Positions 24,401 through 35,135 of a stretch of 64,000 nt of DNA are shown in pieces. The position numbers were made by a program, and so were the translations under genes. The DNA comes from Fimbriosthenelais zetlandica (Eukaryota), in contig OZ365113.1 of the NCBI GenBank assembly GCA_977030845.1, positions 24,862,001 through 24,926,000 of the forward strand, in the 5' to 3' direction. A model generated the notes under the pieces. It did no database searches, was not told where the DNA came from, and saw only the letters and a program-made list of their open reading frames with translations. Within the stretch, counting starts at the first letter, position 1. Each line of letters begins with the position of its first letter.

Positions 24401-27400
24401 CAGGGAGGAGAGGAGGGTGAATTGGAGGTGTGGGGGGAGCCGTTAGAGAGAGGACAATGTACCCTGGTTGACAAGGTAGTTCAAGATCTGGCTGCCACTA
24501 CTACCACCACCAATACCTGCCTGACTAGCAGCAGCAGCGGCGGCTTCATTGCCACACCCAACTGCCAAAGTGTCCGTGACCATCAAGGGGATCCAAAGGG
24601 CGTGGCCATGATTCCCACCATGGTGATCAAACAGGAGCCCACTGACTATAGTTACATGCCCGACTCTGTCAAGCAGGAGTTGGAGGATCAAATAGGGGAA
24701 CATCCCGGTTCCCATGGAAATCCTCTGGAGCATCATCCGGGCCAGCAGCGTCTGAAACGCGGACCCATCCGGAAGCTGCGGTCCGGATCGTCAGCAGGGG
24801 CAGCCAGTAATGGCCTCCGCCAAGTCAACACCACCACCTTTGATTGTGTCGTTTGTGGTAAGGCCTTTATCAGTGAAAAGTACCTCAGCATGCATATATC
24901 ACTGCATGACACGGGCAAGAGTGAGGCAGGATCCAATCAAGCTGAGTCAGGCCTTGTTGAGGGCCTTGCTAAGGAAATTGATCAACTACAACAGAACGAA
25001 GTGAAGGTAAAATGTCTAGATGAAGGGGAGGTGTACAGACCGCCCCCTGTGAACAATACAAAAGTAAATAACTCCAGCAGTGACACTATGCTACCAGTTA
25101 GCGTTGAGCAAATCTCATCTTCAGTCAATAATGCTTTTAAACAACAACCAACTCCAGCCAAGAAGTCGGCAGTCAACAGTAATAATAGCTCCTCCTCCAG
25201 CAGCGCTAAAAAGGCTGCTAAACTCCAGACAGATGGTGGATGGACCTGCTCTCTGTGCAACAAAACATTCGCACATAATTCTGGCTATAAAAACCACATG
25301 AGAACCCATTCTAATGAGCGCCCATATGTATGTCACATCTGCGATATTGGCTTCAAAGAAAAATACCACCTGAAGAAGCACAACTTGTTCATCCACAGCA
25401 ATGAGTTGCCTGAGAAATGCAGGGTTTGTGGGAAGAGATTCAAAGATTCAACAGCAGTGAGGGCACATGAGAGGATCCACTCAGATGCCCGGCCCTTCGC
25501 ATGTAGGCAGTGTGGAAAGACCTTCAAGACGTCAGAGTGTCTGTGGCATCATGAACATCGATCTAAGACATGTGGCCTCGCTCTGGGTGAGATTATAGCC
25601 CAGGAGAGGCTCGTCAGACGCAGGAGGAGGTTCCCAAAGAGCAACTCTCCCCCTCAGCAACAACAACATCCTCCATCACCGGCCAGTGGCTCTGATACGA
25701 ACCCCGACTCCTCTAGTCCCATGGAAACAGATCAAGATACAAGTATGATTGATGCTTACCTCTGGCATCAACAGCAACAACAACAACAACAACAAAATCA
25801 TCATGTTCAGCAACAACAGCAACAGATGCATGGCCAACAACAGCAGCAACAGCAAAGTCAACAACATCATCTACATGCCAGCCACGATGATATGAATAAT
25901 GATGAATATATGCCACCCATCACCCACTACCTCCCCACAACCAATGATATGAATGCCATGCCAAAGGTCAGTAGTCAAGCCAGCAAGCATTCAGCCATCG
26001 CGAACCAGCTTCATTCTTGCGTTCAACCTTTGCACTCTGAGATCTCAACAGCTCTGCATCAGACGCCTCTACCAGCCCCACCCAACCAACCTCAGGTGCC
26101 TCTCTGTGTGGAGGAACACAACATGTCCCCAGACCAAGTCAGTGAGGATGACCATCTCTCCCCCAATCATCTCACTATGGGCATTCCCATCAAAGATCTT
26201 CACTGCCTCTCTACCGGCCCACAGCATGGGGAAACTGTCCTTGAGGAAATGATGAATTCACAGGGCATGTATTCGTCAGTCATCAAACAAGAGAGGGACA
26301 ATTTCGGCTACAGCATGGATGAGGAGGATGAAAACTGGGTCACCACTAATATGGATAAGATCATGAGCAGCAAAGCTGATGATTTTGTGGATAGCAAGGT
26401 GGACGCCATTCTAAGCAATATGGCCTCCAGCATGAGCAATGCATTCGGTATGCTTGGCGGTGACCCAATTGACTCCCCACCCATGCCAGACTTCACAGAC
26501 AACAAGGAATATAGATGTCGCGTGTGTCGGAAAGTCTACACTGATCTCTCGGCTTACCAGCGACATTCCAAGGTCCACACTGAAGATCGACCATTTGTCT
26601 GTCTGAAGTGTGATATTGGTTTCAAAATGAAGGTCCACCTGAAGAAGCACAATCTCTACGTGCACAGCAATGATTACCCATGTGAATGCCAATACTGTGG
26701 AAAGAAGTTCAAGGATTCTTCAGCAGTAAAACTCCACGAGCGAACACACTCTGACAACCGTCCCTTTGGATGCTCAGGGTGCGGCAAAGCCTTTAAGACG
26801 AGAGAAAATCTATGGGGACATCAGCACAGAGGGAAATGTGTGGCAGCTAGGAAGAAACAGGATCAAGATGGCGGAAGCTTTGAAGATGGCTCATCTGCAA
26901 AGGCATCTGTTTTAAATAACGGAATCTTTGCTCATGCAACAGCCAATACAAACGGGGTGACGGCCCAGGCCTGTGTCAATAACAGTCAAGTAACAGCACA
27001 TGCATCTATAGAAAACAACCAGCTCACTGCTCATGCAACCTTCAACAACAGCCAGTTCACTGCGCATGCCTCAGTGACAAACAATCAGGTCACTGCGCAT
27101 GCGTCCATTGTCACAGACCATGGTACTGCTCAGGCTTCTGTCTCTAATATCAAACCACAGAATACCTTTACTTTTTCAAATGCTAATGCCTCCGATTCAC
27201 AATTGATCACCACAATGACCAACTGTAAGGCGATGAATGGCTCTATCCCCAGTACGACCACTGCCCCAATGTCTACCTATGGTGGAAGTTCCCCAGGACT
27301 TTCCAAGGGTCTGGTTGCTCAGTCTCTCCTCACTCCTCCCCTAAACACCAATGATGCAGTCAATGATGGTTCAGCTATTCGGGGTAATCAGCAACAAAAC

Positions 27401-28180
27401 TTGTCTCCCAGGGCAGGTTCGCTTCCAGCAACTTCCACTGCCATGCCACTACAAGAGGGCACCATACCAACAATGGTCAGCGCAATGGCCACATCTACAT
27501 CCAGTGGTCAAGCGACCACCCTCAGTGAAAAAGCCCTCGATGCAGCTTCTGGAAAATGGCCCACTTTGAAGGAGTTTCTCTCGAAGGGCATTGGACCTCC
27601 AACTCCAGTACCAACGTGGACCGGTGGGGTGCAGGGCCAGAACAACAAGATCTCCCAACAATTGATGAATAACAATCTGCCTGAATGTAAATCCCTCCTC
27701 AATGGTGATTATCCAGCCCTCAAAGAGCGCCTCTCCAAGACCTTCTTTAACTCACTCACCACTGCCGACAACAACAACAGCAATAATCAGCAAACACAAC
27801 AATCCAACATCAACGCCTCCTATCCTTCCTCTCCGGCCTCCAGCAATATGAGCGCCCCCTACAGTGGGCAAACAACACCAACTACAGGGACGAGCCCGTA
27901 TGGCAAAGGTCGTGACTCTGTCTCCCCATTCTCTGACCTCAGCCCCGGAGGAAGCAATGGCCCCATTCCATCTTTCCAGTCCACTTTCCTCAAGCGTTCT
28001 AATCCCCCTCCCCTCTCTGCTTTTGGTAACAACCCAATGCTCCGTGGGGAGGATCCAAACATCCCTATCATCTACTGGGACGATGAGAATGATCAGCGGC
28101 CACCTTCTGCGGCTTGGAACTCTCCAGATTCAGACTCCATGTTCCATGATATTTCTGAAAGTGTCCTCACTCAGCTTTGA
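21461..28180 (+). CDS. Large intronless multi-cluster C2H2 zinc-finger protein (2239 aa), putative transcription factor
   Basis: Uninterrupted ORF with 11 fingers: 2 N-terminal (21485-21637), 1 isolated (24839-24907) and two 4-finger arrays (25241-25573, 26510-26839) with ERP/DRP-type linkers. Long S/Q/T-rich low-complexity regions lie between them. Confidence 0.95.
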   Translation: MAEDSPDDYKCHCGRTFKRSTTFRRHQEIAHSTSTSHKCAECGKTFGNANTLTMHMSVHERKEAFTRLVRPSTRQTRSCTRNCLELGEETPNIKSNTDTLPVSNPKISYKDQQNEKENQREKQPQNPQKRVLSQSNREQLSENICMSEKPLKIARVVKEPNFFNGKCSTNGGIGSPGIDCSVSGLDKPLRNAVSKHSEEKSDSQDINTNNISITKRAVNGGEVSYINGDLPSTVSGQVGSIESKKGTVDNCSTVLMQSHRGRRQHNNQASQKQQPQQTATPQVTQQLARRRRQTPAGSNSGVHSSPIKVDSGLSSSSSSSSSNSCSIGKTKDDSEADGEGQISSSSGIGSSASLASSKVCNDSDPGSPGVVGVEEKQTQQQQQQLDKPSSPSSPSFPIITTTSTSSPLPLLSTAASPALAAVSNTVTSHQESLPSQSKQQTQQLRSKQKPGNKGALHSTIVSLLASAPINCLPSAAVASPNPHRHPQPTTLPLQTHKQGTLVVAAAVDAAASVDKQIEGEEDSIRRYTAHQHGLLISKPKEKDLSISNHAGSETSATLNLVPTTTCVGSNIPQVYLKQGLAPAQCAFSGIVGNNTHLPSISSSSSSTSPSPSSSSTSIETHRDLGCVKGVDTLGSTCLEASVSNCKSSLPPSFPSASSSSSTGTAYPVKGQPSKNSTPTKKVTSIYTTVNQPSLDIKGNRNVHNSNNIDVLQKIALTDTASVSTNINLGIHEHLGESIQVLPVDPVRIYQTLDLEGNLTEEHIELDEQTLLISNDLEESDDSCTIVNHDDDPYSSTTQEHLLSSIDIQTLSGIHAGKQYVLVTGSGSTTIAVEIESPASLINEEEYPDSVGISDEVVLQGVNYDGSEAISLPARPTHQAEPAELRAPPSGLHEQLAAVVSHPAPPGRAAESEEAVRGEVEVEVEAAVTSIAAAGPGSIRKSCRDRKENTLWKTLLTGKVYEEVLDSVESKKRRGESCSKDQGGEEGELEVWGEPLERGQCTLVDKVVQDLAATTTTTNTCLTSSSSGGFIATPNCQSVRDHQGDPKGVAMIPTMVIKQEPTDYSYMPDSVKQELEDQIGEHPGSHGNPLEHHPGQQRLKRGPIRKLRSGSSAGAASNGLRQVNTTTFDCVVCGKAFISEKYLSMHISLHDTGKSEAGSNQAESGLVEGLAKEIDQLQQNEVKVKCLDEGEVYRPPPVNNTKVNNSSSDTMLPVSVEQISSSVNNAFKQQPTPAKKSAVNSNNSSSSSSAKKAAKLQTDGGWTCSLCNKTFAHNSGYKNHMRTHSNERPYVCHICDIGFKEKYHLKKHNLFIHSNELPEKCRVCGKRFKDSTAVRAHERIHSDARPFACRQCGKTFKTSECLWHHEHRSKTCGLALGEIIAQERLVRRRRRFPKSNSPPQQQQHPPSPASGSDTNPDSSSPMETDQDTSMIDAYLWHQQQQQQQQQNHHVQQQQQQMHGQQQQQQQSQQHHLHASHDDMNNDEYMPPITHYLPTTNDMNAMPKVSSQASKHSAIANQLHSCVQPLHSEISTALHQTPLPAPPNQPQVPLCVEEHNMSPDQVSEDDHLSPNHLTMGIPIKDLHCLSTGPQHGETVLEEMMNSQGMYSSVIKQERDNFGYSMDEEDENWVTTNMDKIMSSKADDFVDSKVDAILSNMASSMSNAFGMLGGDPIDSPPMPDFTDNKEYRCRVCRKVYTDLSAYQRHSKVHTEDRPFVCLKCDIGFKMKVHLKKHNLYVHSNDYPCECQYCGKKFKDSSAVKLHERTHSDNRPFGCSGCGKAFKTRENLWGHQHRGKCVAARKKQDQDGGSFEDGSSAKASVLNNGIFAHATANTNGVTAQACVNNSQVTAHASIENNQLTAHATFNNSQFTAHASVTNNQVTAHASIVTDHGTAQASVSNIKPQNTFTFSNANASDSQLITTMTNCKAMNGSIPSTTTAPMSTYGGSSPGLSKGLVAQSLLTPPLNTNDAVNDGSAIRGNQQQNLSPRAGSLPATSTAMPLQEGTIPTMVSAMATSTSSGQATTLSEKALDAASGKWPTLKEFLSKGIGPPTPVPTWTGGVQGQNNKISQQLMNNNLPECKSLLNGDYPALKERLSKTFFNSLTTADNNNSNNQQTQQSNINASYPSSPASSNMSAPYSGQTTPTTGTSPYGKGRDSVSPFSDLSPGGSNGPIPSFQSTFLKRSNPPPLSAFGNNPMLRGEDPNIPIIYWDDENDQRPPSAAWNSPDSDSMFHDISESVLTQL

Positions 28181-29928
28181 ACATTGATTTCTGGTCATAT
28201 CAGATGCGAGAATCCAAAAATTGCAAGACTGTATCTATATATAAAGACGTCTCTGCTTGCTGAATTGTGGAATACATGACTGTCATAACTTGGGGGAATG
28301 GTTTCCATTGTCCTCTGTGGAAGTGCTGGCTTGAAGGTCATATGTGCTTAAATAACATGATTCCTGTTGGCATTGAACTGAATGGTTACTACTAACCTGA
28401 AAGGATTTTACTTCAGAACATTATACATCGCCACATGTACACATAAGAAACAAAGTAATCCAATGGATGCAAACAGAGGACTTATAATCGCTCTTGCAAA
28501 ATAATGGAGTGTATAAGAAACTCATCCCAGAAGTGACTCTCTATAAATATCTAGCATTCGATAAGGGAAAATATATCAACAGACAATTGGATATACATGT
28601 CATACAACTGCTGGCCAGGTATGAGAAGAATCTGTTAATGAACTTTATATTAAATATAGATACGAGGTTTCCACTGAGGCTGTTCCAATTCTTTTAAAAA
28701 GAGGCTTTTAAGCTCGGGGCTGCTGGTCAGAAAAAAAACTGTTGTGTATCGTAAAAAAACGGAGGAACTGTCATGAATTATGGCGCTGGCTGGTTGATTG
28801 CCCACTTGTTGTTATACACATCATAATTGTTACTCCAAGGAACTAATCTGTACATGAAGGCATGTTTATGCACATTTCCAACCAATATGGCCATACCACC
28901 CACCGTGACTACTTCTATAACAGCTGTTCAATCTATGACGTATATACACCGTCTTATAATGCATATATTTCACATATTAAATGTTTAATATTGTCCCTAG
29001 ATGTCAAGTGCAAATGAGAAATAATATGTATGAGACCTATATTTCTCACTACTACACCTAAATGTACATAGGAAGGAAAGAAGGGAATTCTCTCAGCGTT
29101 CAGATTCTTATTAAGAACAGTGGAACTAATTCGTCCATTATTTGCAATTCAATCCGTCTGGTTCATGAACACATATGCCATAGATATTTCAAACTGAGGT
29201 ATAAATTAAGTACTAACTCCAAGGATGTACGTACCCACAAATGTGCCTGAGGTATTTTGACCTACATATTATATAGTTAGAGCTCTCTCTGTCTCTCAGT
29301 ACCCATGTGCCCAAAATCTCTGGTTTCCACCCGACTTCTAGCTTTCGGCTAGGATGACTATAACGCCATATGATCTCTTGAATCTCTCGCCCGAGGGAGC
29401 AGCAGCTCTCTGGGTCTCAGTTAATGTTCTGGGCTAGCCATATATAGGAGGAAGCCTGGCTGATGGAGCCTTAAAAGTACTACTGCCTGCCATAAAACTG
29501 TGCAAACACTCGAGTCGGTAAACAGTGTATTGATACCACTGCTCACACAGGTTTTATTTTATAGACATTCTCCTCTCAAAGCTCACGCCGAGCCCGTTTC
29601 CATGTGTATCTCTCCTATGGACTACAATGCACATTAGGGACGTTTCCCGGTCCAGTTTTTTGGCATGAAATCTGCTAAATGAGGATATTTTACGAGGGAA
29701 TACCAGATATTTCCTCATGACGTCACATTGTGTGTGTCTTTATTGATTCCGAGGAGGAAAGAATATTGTGTTTTAAAAGCATGATGATTTGATTTAGGAT
29801 GCGGACTTCATTTCCGTTTTTTCCCTCCAATCTCAAAGCTCTCTTTCTAAGAGATGTAAATCAAAATGGATGCCAAATGAGGGAGTCCTCAACAACAAAA
29901 GGCTTGGAACAAAAGCTGCGGCAGTGGT

Positions 29929-29942
29929 GTTTCCATGGTAAC
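29929..29942. promoter_or_regulatory. RFX X-box motif (perfect)
   Basis: GTTTCCATGGTAAC matches GTTNCCATGGNAAC. A TGACGTCA CRE lies ~210 bp upstream. Confidence 0.45.
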
Positions 29943-32900
29943 AACATTTATTGAAGGCTATAAATTAAACCTTCCGAAGCAAACCAAAAGGAAAAGAGCA
30001 TGAACAGTTATTCCCATGAATGCAAAAACAAAACTGAAGAGGCCAAATCTCCAGAACCATTTTAAAGGCGAAGAGAGAAAAGAGATCAAGAAGAGAATAC
30101 ACTGAGGGGAATCCTGGACGAGGTCACGCAGTGGAGTCTAAAAGAACAGTGGGGGCTTATTATGATCAGTGCATGGGCGAGTCTGGGCAAAGCATGGTAG
30201 AACTTCAAGGCACCAAAGACAGAGGCAGCGAGAGTGATGGAGGAAAGAGTAGAGGGGAAAAGCCAAAGGTCGGAGCTCTGTGCTGAAAGGATAAAAAGAC
30301 CCAAGGGGTCAAATATCGATAGAAACCAACACGCTACATCTTTACTTATCATCCATGGATGCGGGAACTGAAGAAGAGATAGGGGCATGCAGCATGCGCC
30401 TCTAAAGTTGTGTGTCATCTATTGATAGTCCCCACTACCAAGTTGACAGTACTGTTTTTATGATTCTCAATCAACCATGTTCAATCAACCAGTTGAAAAC
30501 AACACTGCCTACATGGGAAGACTGCATCGTATGATGAACACTCTCATACCCGATTACTGGAGAAAGGAACATTATTTTTTAAAAAGCCCAAGGTGCTATG
30601 GTTTTGAAAATGTTTATGATGAACTGATGGTGGCTTTAGTGAACTGCTCTGGAAGCTTGTGTTATGAAGAATCCTAATGACTCTCTCTATATTGGACTCT
30701 CGTCAGTTTTTCAGAAAATCATTGACGGCGGGTGTAAAAACTTGATGGGCCAACCAAAGAGACAAATTGAAGGAAATATCAAAACGTTACGGAATGTATG
30801 AAAAGCATCTGCTAGACCTATTGACTTATATAGCCTGTGGGCAAGGCCACTGAGGATGATTTGGTGCGAGAGGGGAAGTGAAAAGACTAGATGTATTGAC
30901 TGATTTGTCCCCTACCTCTCCTCCCTCCTCCTCTACCTGCCCAGTGCTGCAGCATCATCATCTCTCTGCCCCTCACACCTACACACCCACACCCGAACAC
31001 ACACCTTTCCTACCCATCTTGGTACAAGGCCAGGTCAAGCCAGCCTCATCACTCTACCCACCGGTAAGATCCGTCCGCGCAGTGATGATGACGCATCATC
31101 TTATCAACTCCCTCCAATCAAAAAAATAGTCCGGCCACTATACACTGAGATGATCGTCTTTTTTGTATTTTTTTCTGATCGTGCTTGACTAAGTAAGAGT
31201 TTAGGAAGGTAATGTGTATTATTATGCACTATATATTATGATTCATTTCACTTTGGCCTGTTGACCATGTTATGGCTAAATATTGTGAAGACAAAACACA
31301 TGAAGCGCGCTATCTATTGATGTATACATATTGTTTTGTAAGAGACGTGTTTTGTATAATTGTATTTTTCTCTCTAGGCACAAAAGCACTGTGCCATTGA
31401 TTTTACAATGGCATTATGAGGGTTTTAGATGAAATTATTTTTCAGGAATGAGATAATGCCGAAATGTTTTTCTCCCTCCCGTCCACAAGGGCTTGTGCCT
31501 GAGGCTTTTTATATTGCATGAATTGTTAGGAGTTGGCAGTCTTCATATTTTGGTATAGAATTGATAGGGAATAATTCAACAGAGTAGATCTTTCTTCTTC
31601 TCTGTCCAAGAACCGTCCTTTTAGAAGAAGAAGATAGAGGAACATTATTTGATACAGTATACATGTACACATAGAGGGCTGACTGAAAAGACATCAGTGA
31701 AAAGCACTAGTTACCTCACCTACCAATCTTGCATGTTGGACAACGGTCGAAAGACTACGCTCTAAGAGAAACGGTTGAATTTTGCTTTGAAATGTTTTAT
31801 TTTTGTGATTGGCATTTTGTTTTGGTCTGGTGTAAGTAGTGCAGGGAAATAGGAATATTGCAACGGGCTCATCCTTGAAAAGTACCGTTGCTCCAGGCAC
31901 CGAAAGTATTTTATAATCCAGTCCATCTGGTTTTAGTTACCTCAATATGTTATTTAGAGTATTCCTGATTGCTAAATTCAACCATTTTAATTACAAAGTC
32001 CAGAAAACTTTTATTTTCATTCAGGATATAGTGCAGGTTTATTTATATAAGATAAATTATAGGCTCGCTGGTTTCAGTAATGTGCTGCGGGCCAGGTACC
32101 GTAACTTACCGATCCATCTCTTAACAGATTTATAGACAACCACTATTCTTGCACTTACTTGAGTACATTAGTCATGTCAGGATAGAGAAAAATTAGAAGG
32201 TACTTTAAAACCATTATTTTCCCATCAAGAGCACGGCAGCATTTTCCCAGCTTCGGCTATAAAGCCGGGCAAAACAGAAGCAGAAAACAAAGGAGTAAGG
32301 GGGAGAGCACAACTTGTCTAAGGCCCAACATTATGTTGGTGCTTTTCATATAAGGAATGGGGGGAGGTTGTATCTTCAGCTGCATACCAGGCCCCATATA
32401 AAGCAATGCTAGTACACTATAGCTCTGCCATAATGTCTTTACATCGATTGCGGAGCTCGGAGAGGCCTTTGATGTTCTTATCTTTGAAGCTTATAGAAGC
32501 ACTGCAACCGCTTCCAAGGCTCGTGTTGCATTAATGGGAGGCGCGGAAGGCGTGTGTAGCTGAAACAAAAGGCGATTGTTGTAAATGCGGGCACGGAAGG
32601 TGCGGAGCGGCATGTCTCCGGGGGCCGAAGAGGGCCGCAAAGCCGGTGAGGCATTTGATAGTTGTCTGATGCCATACTAAGCTACTTAGCGAGGCACACA
32701 TCCACACAGAGAAAAGGGGAGAAAGAACATAACTGATTATAAACTCACGTACGTGGCCAGGCCCTCCCCCAATATCCCACCCCAATCAATCCTTACTAAT
32801 AGATGGTGGCTGTAGGAACTTGTCGAACCGCCCTGTGCTCTATTACAATGTCTTTTAAAGAGTTGAGTATCAAAAGTTTGCTAATGATACTCCTCTATAC

Positions 32901-35085
32901 AATGTGAGGCAAAGTGCTGCAGGCTTAAGCTTAACTTGTTATGCTTCCATGCCAACCTCATATTTCAACGGCTTGGTTGTAGCCTAAGCGCGTTTAAGGC
33001 TAGGTAAGCATTGAATGATTGTAATTATATAACTCAATGGCATTTTTGTTCTAGGGAAGGGGTCTCTCTGCTGGTGTTCAACATGCGAGATTAACGTTAC
33101 TCTCACAGTAAAAGGAGCTGGTTTAGTCAGCCCAGTATCTGATGTCAAGTTTTAGTTTCCACTTTCGTTTTTTCACACATTGAGTGCATTTCGTGTACAA
33201 TCTAAAAGACTTATTAAGCATTGATTCGAGAAACCCGCCTGTACCTGAGAATTATTTGTGGGAAAACTAACCAATATTGGAATAACCAAAGGGAATGCAA
33301 TATGTAATTGTTCTTGGTGCAATAACATATTATTATGAAGAGTCGTGTTGATGGAATAGTAATGATTAGAATGTACATATTGGTTGGTATCTTATAGCCT
33401 ATATTTGAGAAAATCATGGATGTGTACATATATACATATATTTTGCAGTTTCCTGTTTGGTGCTAGTTAGCCGTATAATGTACTTCTTATCAATCCAAAA
33501 TGGCCTAAAATTTATACATCCTAAACAGTATCTTTTAGTCCACTTAATGGGAAATTCAATATTTCATTCATTTCCGCGAGCCAAAAAAAAGTGAAAATCA
33601 ATGACAAGTTCAAGAAAGTTAAGTATTCAAATCAGTTTTTCTCTGGTGAGTTAAAGAAAGGGGAGTATTATACATAGTTAAATCACTTCTGTCCAACTTG
33701 TACTTGATAGATTTAAAGCAGGTGCAAGGTCTGTCAAGCTGTTCCCTGTTAGAACTGTCCGTGGTCGCTGTACACGGCGGTATTATTGCCTTTATTTCAC
33801 CACTCCCTTTTGGGGATGTTATTATATCAAAGCAATTCATAGATGACATGATCCGTCCCTGTCATTTTCATGTCATATCAATGAGAAAACATGAACCGTC
33901 CTATAATGTTCACCTCTACACAGAGGAACCGAAATCTGTCCAACAATTACCGCTCTGCCTTTCTGTCTGTCCCTCAACAACTTCATCTGAAATACTATGT
34001 CTTTGATTTAATGCGCTCTTTTCACTATCTAGGTACATGTTTATAGTGAATGATGATAAACCGTGCGATGATTATATATATGCTGATTAGACATTGTTAG
34101 TTGGTAGCACACATAGATCTATAACGAAGAGGATGCACAAAGAGTTATTGTCACATATTTTGTAGGTGATTTTACTTGGGATTTGTCAGTGTCTATGAAA
34201 AGAGTTTTATTAAGTAACAATCTTGGTGCACTGATATATTGTTTGCTCCAACTTGAACACACTCCGCCCAGGTGATTGATTAATAATAATCAACAGATTG
34301 TACCACACAAGAACCATTGAATATATTACATATTTTCCTATGATTAGTCTCAGATGTTTATATACTGTTGTTAGCTCCCAAAGATTTGGTGTAATTAGTG
34401 ACGTGTTAGGTAAAGTTGAGTTAGTGGTGTAATTATAGTTGAACTAGTATATAAAAAATCATTCCATCCACTTACATCTATCTATTCAATAGTGATTGTA
34501 TGTTTTCATGACAAGTTGGAAAATCGAGAGATTTTTGGTGAAACAAGATAGTCCCAAGCTAAGGTAAATTAAAGTTAGATTTTGTTAATTTTTTAATCAA
34601 CCTGATGAGTTCACACTTGTAAAACAAAGAAGGAGATTATATTTGATTATTAATCCTTTGTTTGTTAGCCAAATCAGTCCATCCATTCCACTTTGTTATA
34701 CTTGTATGCTGTGTTCAAACCAAGATGAAGATTGTAAAGACGATTATTGATCACTTATTGGTCGTCGTCTATTGATAATGAATCCCTCCAATTTCTGTCC
34801 AATCAAAATGTGCTGAGTCCGTCTAGAGGCACTGCTCTACTGATGTGTGATTGAATTATTCCGTCTGTACCGTCAACGCTCATCTCAGTTTGGCCACACA
34901 GTTAGCTTATATGGTTAGCCGTATTCTCATTAGAATTTCATAAAAATGAATATCATTGATTAGGCCTACTGTTTATCATAATAATTATGCACTAAAGGGT
35001 GTTCCATAAATATGGACAGGTTGAAAAATGGTTCATACCGATAATTTCTTTAAGGCTTTGTCTTTTTCTAATTGTAGTCTTACAG

Positions 35086-35135
35086 AAGAGGTGTACTATA
35101 AATGGAAAAGAAGAGGTGTACTATAAATGGAAAAG
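35086..35135. repeat. Perfect 25-bp tandem duplication
   Basis: AAGAGGTGTACTATAAATGGAAAAG x2. Confidence 0.9.

Noticed and set aside
22128-28071. Many antisense and alternative-frame ORFs inside the zinc-finger CDS
   Set aside because: They are shadows of low-complexity CAG/AGC/TCC codon runs and show no independent protein features.
32478-32785. GC-rich segment encoding CCKCGHGRCGAAC as a zinc-binding exon
   Set aside because: The frame is closed by a nearby upstream stop and I found no acceptor.
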